From the NCBI RefSeq assembly GCF_001194135.2, contig NC_068984.1:132600515-132664514 (forward strand): a stretch of 64,000 nucleotides of DNA, given 5' to 3'. A program made the position numbers and the translations under genes. The stretch comes from Octopus bimaculoides (taxonomy: Eukaryota). The notes beneath the pieces were generated by a model that saw only the letters and a program-made list of their open reading frames with translations, had not been told where the DNA came from and ran no database searches. Shown piece by piece: positions 38,868 to 50,757 of the stretch (position 1 is the stretch's first letter; each line of letters starts with the position of its first letter).

Positions 38868-41800
38868 CAAAAGAATGATGCATTGGTAAAGTATATTTTT
38901 GTCGCTCTGAGGTCAATAAAATAAGTATAAGTCATGTGTCAATGTAAGAAATTACTATTAATATAATTTTTTTATGTAGACTGACCAAGATCCTGCCAGT
39001 GTAATCGGTGCTGCTATAAAGGGCTTTCTCACAAGAAGACTTTTGTCCTGTCCTAAAGTGGAAGCTTTGAGAAAAACTATATATGTGAGTGAAATTTCTG
39101 ACTTACTTCACTGAAGTATCCTTCCTACATCTAACTACAGTATGTTACTTTGTGTGAGATGTTAGTCATTGCATTGTGAGATGAACATTTCGTGATCAAT
39201 GGTATCCATCAATGAATGATGGATCAGCAGTATCCGATCATCAATGAATAAAGCTGACACTGGAGCTCAACACAGCCTTGCAGCTTGCCAGATCCTGTCA
39301 AACCATCCAACCTGTGTCAGTATGGAATATAGATATTACAAGATGGTGGTGGTGGTGGTGGTGAAGGTGGATTGGTCTATTTGAAAATTAGTTGCTTTGG
39401 CTACAGGTACAATGTAATGCTGATCACCACTTGGCTAATTATCCAGTACTAGCAACACCACCAATCCTTGTATAAACACTCAGACATATAAACAGTACAG
39501 TAGTATATGTATGTGTGTGTGTGTGTGTGTATATCTATATATATATATATATATATACATACACACACACACACACACACACACATGTTGTGTTGAGTGT
39601 TTTTATCACAAACAGATGTCGCATCATTATTGATTTTCTGTCTTTGTTTAGGAATGTTTAAAGCTACTCAGTGAAACCAACGACTCTTCCAATTTGGATT
39701 TGATAACAAGATTAAATAACCAAGTAAGTTCATTCTTTCTTTTTTTCTTCTCATCTCTTTTTACTACTATTGTTGCTTTTTCTGCTCCTCTTCTTCCTCC
39801 TCCCCTCCCCTTTTCACAACTACTACTTCTAGTTTTTTTTCCCCCCCTCCTGCCATTGTTTGTTTTCTTTGACTCTGTCCTCTTCCTTCTTCTAAAACTA
39901 CTACTTTTTTTGTCCTTGTCTATGACTCCAAGGCAATGAGACAGTACAATATGGTTGTTCAATCTGCTGGAAATGGCTGTCGAAACTCCCTCTAATCACA
40001 CCATCGAAGCTATATTGGACAATGTTGTCCAAGGCACATGAAAAGATGGGATGGTCATGGCTAATAAAGCTTTGGTCATAGGTCTGCTTGATCAAGCTGA
40101 CTTGCAACTAAACATCAAGAACAGTCATATTACTTAGATGGAAATAGGGAATGAGGTAAAATTGTAGATAGGCACAGGAGTGGCTGTGTGGTAAGTAGCT
40201 TGCTTACCAACCACATGGTTCTGGGTTCAGTCCCACTGCGTGGCATCTTGGGCAAGTGTCTTCTACTATAACCTCGGGCCGACCAAAGCCTTGTGAGTGG
40301 ATTTGGTAGACAGAAACTGAAAGAAGCCCATCGTATATATGTATGTGTGTGTGTATATGTTTGTGTGTCTGTTTGTCCCCTCAACATCACTTGACAACCG
40401 ATGCTGGTGTATTTATGTCCCCGTAACTTAGCGGCTCAACAAAAAAGACCGATAGAATAAGTACAAGGCTTCCAAAGAATAAGTCCTGGCGTCGATTTGC
40501 TCAACTAAAGGCGGTACTCCAGCATGGCCGCAGTCAAATGACTGAAACAAGTAAAAGATAAAAAAAAGATAAAAAGATTAAGAATAAGGTAAAACTGAAT
40601 TAAGGAAAAGAGTTGAATTGTGGATTAGAAATTATGTAAAATTGTGAAAGAAAGATGATGAAAAACTTAATTAACTCTTTCATAAGTGCCATGTTACTCT
40701 GGTGGTTGACAAAAAGATTAGGAATGTGTACAGACACCAAGGAAATATGTCTTGTGTACCATATAGACTAAAAACTGGATGAGAGATAGGATAAAATAGT
40801 TATATTTCATTCACTGTGACATTTAGTTTGGAACATATCTCAAGCAGAAAGTCATCATCATTTAACATCCATTTTCCATGCTGGCATGGGTTTGACGGTT
40901 TGACAGGAACTGACCAGCTGAAGAGCTGCCCAGGCTCCAGCTGGTCAGTTCCTATCAAACCGTCCAACCCATGCCAGCACCACTTTAAATAAACATCATC
41001 CAGTAGTAGAAAATCTGCTTCAGTGGATTATGTCTGACCCATGCAAGCATGGAAAAGTTGACGTTAAAACGATGATGTAATGTTTGTAGCAGTTTGAATT
41101 CTAGCTGGTTTTATATAGGTGTTGTGTGTGTTTTGTTATTTTCCATTCAATTCAAATATCAAAGTCTTATCTATTTTCTATCTTAGCTGGATGCTGCACG
41201 TCTAGATATACATGACATTTTCTTTGAGATGACTACTCAAGAGAGAATGAACATCATTCACCAATCTCGGATACTTGCAGCGAGGAAACTACAGGTAAAA
41301 GTAATCACCACAAAAGTGGTTTAATTAATTCAATTGTTTTGCATTTTAATGATTTGGCAAATGTCAGCGAGATTTATTTGTGTCTTGACTTAACACTTCA
41401 CCATTTAAACCAGTTACATCCAGCACAAATATTCTACTTATTTTATGTTCAAACTGGCTAGATCCAGCCTCTTACACCTACCCTACAATGTCATTCTAAA
41501 AATAAACATTCGTGTCATTGAAATCTCAAAGCTACAAAATGATGCATGATTAATTCTAAACAATGTGTATAACCAGGCATTACATTGACAGTTGTTGGCA
41601 CTCCGTCGCTTACGACATCGAGGGTTCCAGTTGATCCGATCAACAGAACAGCCTGCTCGTGAAATTAACGTGCAAGTGGCTGAGCACTCCATAGACTCGT
41701 GTACCCTTAACGTAGTTCTCGGGAGATATTCAGCGTGACACAGTGTGACAAGGCTGACCCTTTGAATTACAGGCACAACAGAAACAGGAAGTAAGAGTGA

Positions 41801-42381
41801 GAGAAAGTTGTGGTGAAAGAGTACAGCAGGGTTCGCCACCATCCCCTGCCGGAGCCTCATGGAGCTTTAGGTGTTTTCGCTCAATAAACACTCACAACGC
41901 TCGGTCTAGGAATCGAAACCGTGAGTCTGCTGCCCTAACCACTGGGCCATTGCACCTCCACACATTTGACAGTAATCTGAAGCTAAAAGGTTAAACTCTT
42001 TTTGATATCAGTCCTACAATATTTTTTTTTCCCCATTAGTTTGATCTGCTGGAAGGGGTTTTGCTCATCCTCACCCCACAGTTCATATGTCACATGACCT
42101 GCCCAACTGATACATGTGATCTCTCATTGAGACCTTTCTTATTTATGCTGCAATTGTAACATATTTATATAGCCTGTTGAAGAGAAATACATGCATACAC
42201 ACACACATACACACTTTTATTCAAATTGACCTCCAGACTTATTTTTTAAAGCCTAGTACTTATTCTATCAGTCTCCTTTGCCTAACTGGTAAGTTAGGGG
42301 ACATAAACGCACTAGTACCAGTTGTCAAATGGTGATATGGGAACGAGTACACACACACACACACACACACACAGATATAGA

Positions 42382-42425
<44 letters not shown>

Positions 42426-44214
42426 TACACATACACACACTCACACACACATGGGCTTCTTTCAGTTTCTGTCTACCTAATACACTCACAAGGCTTTGGT
42501 TAGCCTGAGGCTATAGTAGAAGACACTTGCCCAAGGTGACACACAGTGGAACTGAACCTAGAACCATATGGTTGGGAAGTAAGTTTCTTATCATACAGCC
42601 ATACCTACACCTATATAAAAATAGCAGATCAGCCAGTGTCTGCTTTGAGAAAAGTTAGTAATAGTTCAGTTATGGATAGGCAAACACCAGTATCAGGTAG
42701 AAAGAAAATCCATAATGTTGATGTGACTGAGACAAGTAGATCAATGGTGTCACGAGTGAAAAAACTTGGAATTGATAGAAAAGATGTGCATAGGTTATTT
42801 CATTGTCCTAATTAATAACGAAATTATATTAAAGCTATGGAAAATAAGGGTATCAGCTAATATGACAGTCTAAAAGAAATATCACTTGATTGTTGTACAT
42901 TCACTTGTCTAATTAAATCTTTATATTTTTTTCATATTTTAAAGGCCAGACCACAACAAATATCTTCAGCAACTCAAAAGTATTTGATGCGGAAAAACCA
43001 AATGTATCCTTTTTTTATTCTGCTGTTGTTTAAACTCCACCAGGTCAGCTTCAATCCCACAGACTGAAGAATACAGGCATTCCAGCTGTGACCATTTTAA
43101 CTTTATCTTTAGACATAGCTTCATTTTTCTAACAAGTTTTATAAGATAGTAGATTTGGCTGCTATTACTAAGATTTTAAGCAATCATCCAAAATATAGCT
43201 CCTTGGTAATACTGTGCCTCTACAGCCTATCTAAGTAAGCTACACTTCCACATGATACCTATTTACAGGTACTGAGAATTAAGTGAATTAAGCCATTGTT
43301 GATTGTTATCCTGTGTTCTAATGTAATTATAATATTTGTGTAGTTCAATGGAGCTATATCTAAAAATTCAACCAAATAGACCTTCCATTTTCTAAAAAAC
43401 ATCGCTTATGAAATAAGTCCGGTGGTACTTGCAACAGCCACACTCAAATGGTGTTTTTTACATGCCACCTGCACAGGAGTCGGTCCAATGTTTTGTTCAC
43501 ATGCCACCGGCACAAATGCCAGTAAGGCGAAGCTGGAAACGATCGTGCTCAAACGGTGCTTTTACGAGTTTAAATCTGTGAATTTCTACACTTCTAAAAC
43601 TATTACCTTAATGCAAACTCAGAAACCAGAGTCAAAGTGTCTCATCATCTTTATCTGACAAACCAAATACCAGGAACAATTCCAACCTTCATCCAATTCC
43701 TTCTCCAGTCCAACCAACAAGGTAAGTATTGTCTGGGTGGCTAACATACCTCATATATGTTTGTCCTTGTAGATAAGATTATATTATCAGCAATGTTAAA
43801 GACTACCGAGCCTCAATAGTTAATTTACTCTATCAGTTTCTGGATTTACACATAATTCTTGCTTGTATTGATTTGTGACTCAGTCCCATTCCTGTTTCCT
43901 TTTTTTGTTTTTGACATTCATGGGTCTGTTAACAAAGAAACTTTAAACATGCTAGCAAGGAAAGAAAAGCAAACAATATTGATAATTCAGATATAAAAAG
44001 CAAAAAGGTTAGATGTGTGTAAATATTGACAGATAATTACGAAATTTGTAATTTTTAAGTGATCTCATGAGATCACTGGTAGGTAATGGATTAAACAAAT
44101 AAACCCCAGGACTTATTTTTTAAGCCCCTTTTGCCAAACCACTAAGTTACAGGGACATAAATACACCAACACCAGTTGTCAAGCAGTGGTGAAGGGACAA
44201 ACGTAGACACAGAC

Positions 44215-44249
<35 letters not shown>

Positions 44250-44928
44250 CTCTGACTGGTTGGCGTTAGGAAGGACATCCAGCTGTAGAAACTCTGCCAA
44301 ATTTAGATTGGAGCCTGGTGTTGCCGTCCGGTTTCACCAGTCCTCAGTCAAANNNNNNNNNNTGTTGCCGTCCGGTTTCACCAGTCCTCAGTCAAATCAT
44401 CCAACCCATGCTAGCATGGAAAGCGGACGTTAAACGATGATGATGATGATGTTATATACATATACACAACAGGTGTCTTTCAGTTTCTTTCTACCAAATC
44501 CACTCACAATGCTTTGGTTGACCCAAGGCTATAATAGAAGACATTTTCCCCAAGGTACCACGCTGTGGGACTGGACTCGGAATCATGTGGTTGGGAAGCA
44601 AGCTTCTTGCCACACAGCCACTCCTGCAGTTACGAAATTATTTCAGTTTATTTCTAATATTTACTTTAAAATTAAATCAGTTGGTGAGATTATGGTTGAA
44701 AATGCAGTTCTGAATGTACTTTGTTGTTTCATGTTAAGTCTTAACATCATCATCATTTAACATGCACTTTTCCATGCCTGCATGGATCACATGGAATTTG
44801 CTGAGGCAGATTTTCTACAGCTGAATGCCCTTTCTGTTGTAAAATACCTGTGGAAAACTTCTATACTGTTTGAGAAATTACTGATAATATGGTAAGTATT
44901 ACATCCTAGAATTAAAAAATATATATTG

Positions 44929-44964
<36 letters not shown>

Positions 44965-45555
44965 CGTCATCATTTAACATTCACTTTCCATGCTAGCATG
45001 GGTTGGACGGTTTGACTGAGGACTGGCTAGCCAGAAGGCTGCACCAGGCTCCGATCTGATCTGGCAAAGTTTCTACAGCTGTATGCTCTTCCTAACGCCA
45101 ACCACTCTGAGAGTGTAGTGGGTGCTTTTATATGCCACTGGCATGAGGGCCAGTCAGGCAGTACTGGCAACGGAAACATTCAAAAATTGTTTTTTACATG
45201 CCACCTGCAAGGGAACCAGTCTGGCGGCACTGGCAATGATATATTAATTTATTATTGCCAAGGCAATGTCTAATAACATTGTTTTTTTTTTTTTCTTTCT
45301 TTTCTTTTGAAGATCAACAACTCGAAAAATATCAAGCCAGCAGATTCCAAAAAATAGAATTGGTAAGTTGATTTACCAACGTTTTGATTTTTATTATAGA
45401 TTTTTTTTCTACATTTTGAGGATAAGACATTTATGGGTGTAATTTTTCTCTTCGTAGTGTCTGTTGCTGGGAAAATGGCTGCCACACGATTTGTTTCAAC
45501 GAAAATGAAAGATGTGCCTTCATTGAAAATTGCCTCAAACAAGCCATGGCGTTGA
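26579..45555 (+). CDS. CCP110: Centriolar coiled-coil protein CP110-like, 14 coding exons, about 1184 aa
   Basis: Exons 26579-26622, 27258-27350, 29438-29615, 30702-30809, 31659-33116, 34458-35190, 37591-37940, 38980-39084, 39652-39723, 41187-41294, 42945-43003, 43623-43721, 45313-45362, 45458-45555 (3555 nt, open frame). N-terminal VSCIKINGVPILPPILDDAEREEMRQYRDEA resembles CP110 [26 protein letters not shown]. C-terminal AAIKGFLTRRLL, LDIHDIFFEMTTQERMNII and ISSATQKYL resemble CP110 AVARGFLTRRLM, GIHDIFFVMDAAERMSIL and LSAATQKSL. Gaps in intron 6 could hide exons. Confidence 0.85.
27258..27350 (+). CDS. CCP110: CP110-like exon 2
   Basis: TTCAG|(K)VYLRHTVGQ...PTALH GG|GTAACT, 93 nt, phase 2/2. 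Confidence 0.72.
28237..28416. mobile_element. 180-bp MITE with 29-bp TIRs and 8-bp TSD (Merlin- or hAT-like)
   Basis: TIR GGATCTTTCTGA(A/T)TTGGTGGACACCATTT, 28/29 match; TSD AATTGAGA at 28229-28236 and 28417-28424. Confidence 0.85.
29438..29615 (+). CDS. CCP110: CP110-like exon 3
   Basis: TTTCAG|(G)QNKYFDLL...VSCIKINGVPILPPI|GTAAGT. Confidence 0.88.
29650..30330 (-). mobile_element. Non-autonomous Helitron-like element
   Basis: Minus-strand 3' end has hairpin GCTGTC-6nt-GACAGC 10 nt before CTAG|T; internal duplicated blocks; 5' end unclear. Confidence 0.5.
30702..30809 (+). CDS. CCP110: CP110-like exon 4
   Basis: AAG acceptor; LDDAEREEMRQYRDEAVRRMQQR...SAS|GTAAGT. Confidence 0.85.
31093..31435 (+). 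mobile_element. tRNA-derived SINE with CORE-like central domain (family D)
   Basis: GGCTCAGTGGTTAGAGC head and GTTGTGTTCTTGAGCAAGACAC domain; an antisense copy lies at 52500-52750. Confidence 0.75.
31659..33116 (+). CDS. CCP110: CP110-like exon 5 (1458 nt, S/N/P/D-rich)
   Basis: TTTCAG|INSSTVAEN...PTKTQ|GTAAGT; 486 open codons that include the 31995-33212 ORF. Confidence 0.9.
33816..34010 (+). mobile_element. SINE family B (representative; about 8 more copies in the window)
   Basis: AAGGTAGCAAGCTGGCAG...TTCAAATTCCGCTAAGGTCGACTTTGCC...AAGTACCAG; related copies near 2510, 25950, 33360, 33575, 38640, 47410, 49305 and 59428. Confidence 0.8.
34020..34315 (-). mobile_element. RTE-LINE 3' UTR/tail, young copy (about 20 related fragments in the window)
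   Basis: (CAT)n CGTTTAACGTCCGCTTTCCATGCTAGCATGGG...; near-identical to 51170-51467; other copies near 5830, 8238, 9236, 14965, 28587, 29117, 36745, 44255, 44965, 50155 and 62795. Confidence 0.88.
34458..35190 (+). CDS. CCP110: CP110-like exon 6 (733 nt)
   Basis: TTCCAG|TSLPTKS...RRGSYTL...SAFK G|GTAACA. Confidence 0.88.
36242..36678. other. Assembly gap (N run)
   Basis: N run flanked by (TA)n; other gaps at 20322-20331, 35370-35466, 36946-36955, 44353-44362 and 54794-55400. Confidence 0.99.
37591..37940 (+). CDS. CCP110: CP110-like exon 7 (coiled-coil)
   Basis: TTTCAG|(A)SNSPG...FMKMQQQFREYEEQFEEEYQ...KLIK|GTATGT. Confidence 0.88.
38980..39084 (+). CDS. CCP110: CP110-like exon 8 (IQ-like GFLTRR motif)
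   Basis: TGTAG|TDQDPASVIGAAIKGFLTRRLLSCPKVEALRKTIY|GTGAGT. Confidence 0.92.
39652..39723 (+). CDS. CCP110: CP110-like exon 9
   Basis: TTTAG|ECLKLLSETNDSSNLDLITRLNNQ|GTAAGT. Confidence 0.88.
40168..40580 (+). mobile_element. SINE family C with central microsatellite (representative)
   Basis: GGCACAGGAGTGGCTGTGTGGTAAG...GGCAAGTGTCTTCTACTATA...(TG)n...GAAACAAGTAAAAGA; related copies at 35251-35713, 42255-42610 (minus), 50813-51690 (split) and 61647-62080. Confidence 0.85.
41187..41294 (+). CDS. CCP110: CP110-like exon 10
   Basis: CTTAG|LDAARLDIHDIFFEMTTQERMNIIHQSRILAARKLQ|GTAAAA. Confidence 0.92.
41390..41994. mobile_element. piggyBac-like MITE interrupted by a SINE
   Basis: Ends TTAACACTT...AAAAGGTTAA; body matches 3503-3720 and the fragment near 9160-9235. 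Confidence 0.6.
41592..41960 (-). mobile_element. SINE family A inserted into a TTAA-type MITE
   Basis: Reverse complement of family A; imperfect TSD ACATT(T)GACAG. Confidence 0.88.
42945..43003 (+). CDS. CCP110: CP110-like exon 11
   Basis: TTTTAAAG|ARPQQISSATQKYLMRKNQ AT|GTATCC. Confidence 0.82.
43623..43721 (+). CDS. CCP110: CP110-like exon 12
   Basis: Strong donor (AAG|GTAAGT) but weak acceptor (CTCAG, poor pyrimidine tract); phase 2/2 and open. Confidence 0.6.
45313..45362 (+). CDS. CCP110: CP110-like exon 13
   Basis: Long T tract then GAAG|(R)STTRKISSQQIPKNRI G|GTAAGT. Confidence 0.72.
45458..45555 (+). CDS. CCP110: CP110-like exon 14 (terminal)
   Basis: TTCGTAG|(V)SVAGKM...ASNKPWR-TGA; AATAAA candidates at 46084, 46300 and 46383. 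Confidence 0.72.
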
Positions 45556-48191
45556 TTAGATCATTTTCATGTGTTTCATCTAAGTCATATTTCAAATTTT
45601 ATCTGTGATAACAAGAGAACTAATTAATCTTATTTATATTTGTTGGACACATTAAATGCCATGCTATGGTATTCACTGATAGCAGTAACATGTGTTGTGT
45701 CGGGGAGAACATGTACAATTTGTGGCTTGTTAAAATGATTTCTTCTTGCCAAGTTTTATTTGGTAAATGACTCTTCTGCTAGTATATGAATATTATATTT
45801 TCATAGTATTAGAACAGTTTATGAGACAGATTATAGCTTCACTATAAATCTTTTTTAATCAGATGTTATCCCATTTTGCTATTAAACCTTTTTAGAATAA
45901 TCATGTTGTCAACAATTCCGAGCCATTTTAAATTATAAATATTCTGACCTAAAATATCTGACACATGGATACCAAAACTGGGAAATCTGTTTGAAGATTG
46001 TATCTATTGTAAATAATTCACAAAAATTTTTGTATATTTTTCATTTGGTCATATTCATATACTTACATATATATATACTAGAAAATAAACCAAATTTATT
46101 TTCTTTCTGTTACTTACTTGCTTATTGCGTTTCTACATTTGTTTCATTGCATTTTTTCCCTTGTATAGCAAACATCCCATTGATGTAGATGACGGGTACA
46201 CTACCTGCAAACTGCTAATCTCTACACATTAAAATAACAATCCTTTATTTTTATATATTGTGAGTGTTTATCGTATTTCCCTCTTAAAAAATTTATAAGA
46301 ATAAAAAAGCAATGAAGATTGTTTAGTATCTCCAAGCTTCTGATTCATTGTTTTATATTTACAATTTGTAAACTTTACATCTAATAAACCCTCTAAACAT
46401 ATTTAAAGTGTTTGGAATGTTTTACTTCTTTTGTATTCATTGAACATTTCAATTCTTGAAAGTCACCTGACCAGCTGAAGAATAACATTTGTCCAGTGCT
46501 GTGTGATCATATCATCATCTGTAAGACAGATCTGACTTATTTAGAATAGACTTGGCTGTAAATAGGGGTGACACAGCTCGCTGTTGAAAGCAGGAGCACT
46601 GTGTAACATGTGCTATGTTCAAGCCATTGGAAACCTAACATAAGAGCAAGGTTTCCCATCATCATCATTTAACGTCCATTTTCCATGCTGGCATGGGTTG
46701 GACAGCTAGACAGGAGCTGGCAAGGCCAGGGGCCACACCACCAGGTTCTAAGGTCTGTTTTAGCTTGGGTTCTATAGCAGGATGTCCTTCCTAACACCAA
46801 CTACTTTGCAGGGAGTACTGAGTGCTTTTTAGCATAGCACCAGTGCCTAGCAATTTAAATGCTTACTGATTTTATAGTTATTCTACCTAATTATTGAAGA
46901 GTGGGTATATCTAGAACACTGATCTTAGGGTGTGGATATAACTAAAAAATCAGCTGTATGCACAGTTGTGGTGTATTAAGCTGAGTGAGGCCATTTGGTG
47001 CACTAAGCTCAAAAACTGTGTATGCAAAGCTTGATGTGAAGCAGCAGATGTGTAGTACCATACAAAAGGTGACATGATGCATGTAACCAGATGAAATGAA
47101 AGATGACTTGAGTGTATGTCCAAAAGAACAGCAGCTTATTCAAAGAGATGAACAAGAAGTAACAAGTTTGAAACCAGATAAAAGTTTGTTGGAATGAAGT
47201 GGTGTGTGTGTGTGTGTATGTATGGTGCTTCAGATTTTTCTACTTCTTTCCAATTATTTCTCTGAATTTCATTCAAGAAATGTTTTATCATTTTTTACCC
47301 AATGTTTTAAGACCTAGTTTTAGAACATAAAGCTTATAATAAAGACAGAATTGCCATAGCTAGTACATCATTCAAGAGATTCTCCAGGAAGTTAAGTTTG
47401 TACCAAAATTCTTATTTCTTTATTGCCCACAAAGAGGGGAACATAGAGGGGACACACAAGGACAGACAAAGGGATTAAGTCAATTACATCGACCCCAGTG
47501 CGTAACTGGTTCTCAATTTATCGACCCCGAAAGGATGAAAAGCAAAGTCAACCTCGGCGGAATTTGAACTCAGAATGTAACAGCAGACAAAATATCGCTG
47601 AGCATTTCGCCCGGCGTGCTACTGATTCTGCCAGCTCACTGCCTTTTGTCCCAAAATTCTATTGAATCAAATCTTACCAGGGGCTACTCAGTATTATTAT
47701 TGCTAATCTACAACAGGATTACACAGAACTAAAGAATTTTATAGTAACTCACAACATTCAATTACCAATAATTCAAGAAACATTCTTACTATCTAAACAC
47801 AGAACTCCCAGCAGTCAAACTCATATTAGACAGACCTTTCCAAAATGAAGGCAATCTGATTGAATGTATAAAAAAAAACATGCAGAAACAAATGGGAAAC
47901 AACATGGCACTAGAAATACAAACATGCAAAATAAAAACCAGTAATAAGAAGCAAAGTCTTATAGTGCATTCTCTAAGTGTCACAATTCTGATAAAGATTT
48001 TGATGAAATGCAGTTAGTCCAGTTTGAAAAAAAGTATTGCAGAAATTTTGATAAATTTGGTGATATATGATTGCTGGTGTACATTGTAAACGTCTGTTGC
48101 TGAATTTTACATGTCAAATCTTTTCATTTACCAATGTAAGTTGAATACAGTTAATTACGTATTTTCATATCTATTTACAAGATACTGCATC

Positions 48192-48594
48192 CTAGACATT
48201 GATTTCCAGAAAACCTGAAATGCTGGGGAATTAAAAAAACAATGAATTGAAATAAAAAGTTTTAGCAAATCAAAACAATTCGCATTGAAATGAAGAATTA
48301 GCAAACGCTAAATAGATTACCGTTAATACGCTGTCTGTTTATACCCATGACATATTTTTCGTCAAATTGATGTCACAATGGCTAGTGCAAAAAATGCCAA
48401 AATTTTACAATTTTTGAAAAATCGATGCTGATTAAAAATCGATTTTTTTTTTTTTTGAATTCCAAGTGCGTAAGTGACCACATGGGCATAAGCCCCATAC
48501 ACATGTCAAGTTTCATCAAGGTCTGTTGGATAGTCTCAGAGGAGTTAAAGTAACAAATTCACAAACACACAAACTTGCCATTTATTATTATAGA
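48192..48594 (-). mobile_element. Degenerate non-autonomous Helitron-like element
   Basis: Minus-strand 5' end A|TCTATAATAATAAATGGCAAGTTTGTG resembles the 55750 end; 3' CTAG/hairpin degenerate. Confidence 0.45.
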
Positions 48595-50007
48595 TATTTT
48601 TGGAGCCTTAACTAACCACACAAATTTAGTTGTATGATTGTAACTTCAACTATGAATATTAATTATTTAAAATGTAACAGATTTAGAAGTCTATCATACC
48701 TGTATTCAAGCCAATGATACCAATGGCCTACATTAGTACATGCATTAAAATTAAACTTTCATAACTACAATCCATCAAAAATGTGTAATTTATTTTCAGT
48801 TTATCTCAGAAACACAATAATAAACTGTTTTAGAAAATTCAAAATTTATAAATATGATATAAAATTTAAATTTAAAAAAATAAATAACATGCGTATGTTT
48901 TTCAATTTTAAAATATCACAGTGAAAACAGGGAGAAGCAGTGAAATTCTTGTTCAGATCACAAAATATATTTCGGTGCTTTAAATCGGCAAACAGTTCCA
49001 TTTGTTCTGTGCTTGATATGCCAAAGTAATATTGAAATGGGAAGATTTTAGTAAAAATTGAAGTATAAATCACATCATATAATTTAAGCTGTTTTAATAG
49101 GAAGGGGTTAATAATATAAATAAAATGGCTTCAATTTCGGTGGGAAGGCAGGGATCAACAAATTAAGTAAAATATCTTCAGTTGAGTCATCGAACATCTT
49201 TGATCTGAAAATATAACATATTCATACATTAGTATATTCTCAATACATACATTCATATATGAGAGAGAGGTGGGGAGAGTGTGTGTGCTTTGAATGTCAT
49301 ATTATTGGTTTCAAATTTTGGCACAAGGCCAGCAAATTCAGGGGAAGAGTTAAGTTGATTACATCAACCCAAATGCTCAACTGGTACTTATTTTATCTTC
49401 TTCAAAAGGGATGAAAGGCAAAGTCAACCTCGGCAGAATTTGAACTCAAAACATAATGCCAGACAAAATACCACCAAGCATTTTGCCTGGCATGCTAACA
49501 ATTCTGCCAGCTTGCAACCTTTGAATATTATATTATTAAAAAAACCCAATAACTACGTTGATTGCTCTTTGCTTCTTTTCCCTCAAACATTGAGACAAAC
49601 AACAACCAATAGTGGCTTTTATCACGTGATCAACCAGACTATTGGATGTTATTATACATTGCTGGTCCCAATGCATTTTGCCCTGTTTTAGCTTATGAAT
49701 GATGGCACCCTGCTGAAGGCTAATCCATCGCAGGGTTACCCATTTATAGCTGAGTGGACTGGAGCAACATAAAATGAAGTGTTTTGCTCAAGAACACAAT
49801 GTGTTACTCAGCCTAGGAATCGAACACATGATCTAGCAATCATGAATGCAATATCCCAACCACAGTGTGTTTATAAGCATTAATAATATAATTTTTACAA
49901 AATATAAAAATACCGGTTTCAAGACACAGTTCCAGATCAAAATTCTTGCAAAACAATTTAAAATCTACATATATATTTCATTTTTGACCTTTTTGTTCAT
50001 TTTACAT

Positions 50008-50048
<41 letters not shown>

Positions 50049-50626
50049 TGGCCGTGCCAAGGAGGCAATCCTTTTGTAACAGTTCTACTGGGCACTCTAT
50101 TCCAATTTCCTTTATATTCCCCTTGTATTATTATTATTATTATTATTCATTTATAGGCATCCAGCTGTAGAAACTCTGCCAAATTTAGATTGGAGCCTGG
50201 TGTTGCCATCCGGTTTCACCAGTCCTCAGTCAAGTCGTCCAACCCATGCTAGCATGGAAAGCGGACGTTAAACGATGATGATGATGATGATGATGATCTC
50301 CCTGTAGTATTGATACATAGCATAAAGATTAGTTATTTTTTCAATTAGCTAATGCCACATTCTACCAAATAACAACTGTTAATTCTTTCAACATTCTTTG
50401 GCATCAGCACTCAAGACCAAAAGAATTATAAGTTACATTTTTTTTTTCTTTCTTCCTTGCAGAAATATGAAGTAGAGATAGGAAGTAACAGGGATGAATT
50501 GTCTAAACAAACCATAATAAATCATAAAGCAATGAAATAAACGTCAGGTGATCTTACCATTTTGCCAAAAATCATTGTCTTTCTCCTATTTAAGATTCCA
50601 AGAAAAGATATCAGATAAAACTTTTA

Positions 50627-50757
50627 TCAGCTTCCGACTAAGACATGAATCTCTGCAATATCCTGCAAGGCTCTCTGCTGGTCTGCTGGTATAGGATTGT
50701 TACATAGATTCACTTCTTCTATAGAAGCCATACCTTCAAGTTTCTCCTGGTCTACAT
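50627..50757 (-). CDS. LRRC20: LRRC20 exon 4 (terminal)
   Basis: CACCAG|(D)VDQEKLEGMASIEEVNLCNNPI...VLVGS-TGA. Confidence 0.92.

Noticed and set aside
39648-39962. K/R-rich and L/F-rich ORFs
   Set aside because: Pyrimidine-rich low-complexity start of CP110 intron 9
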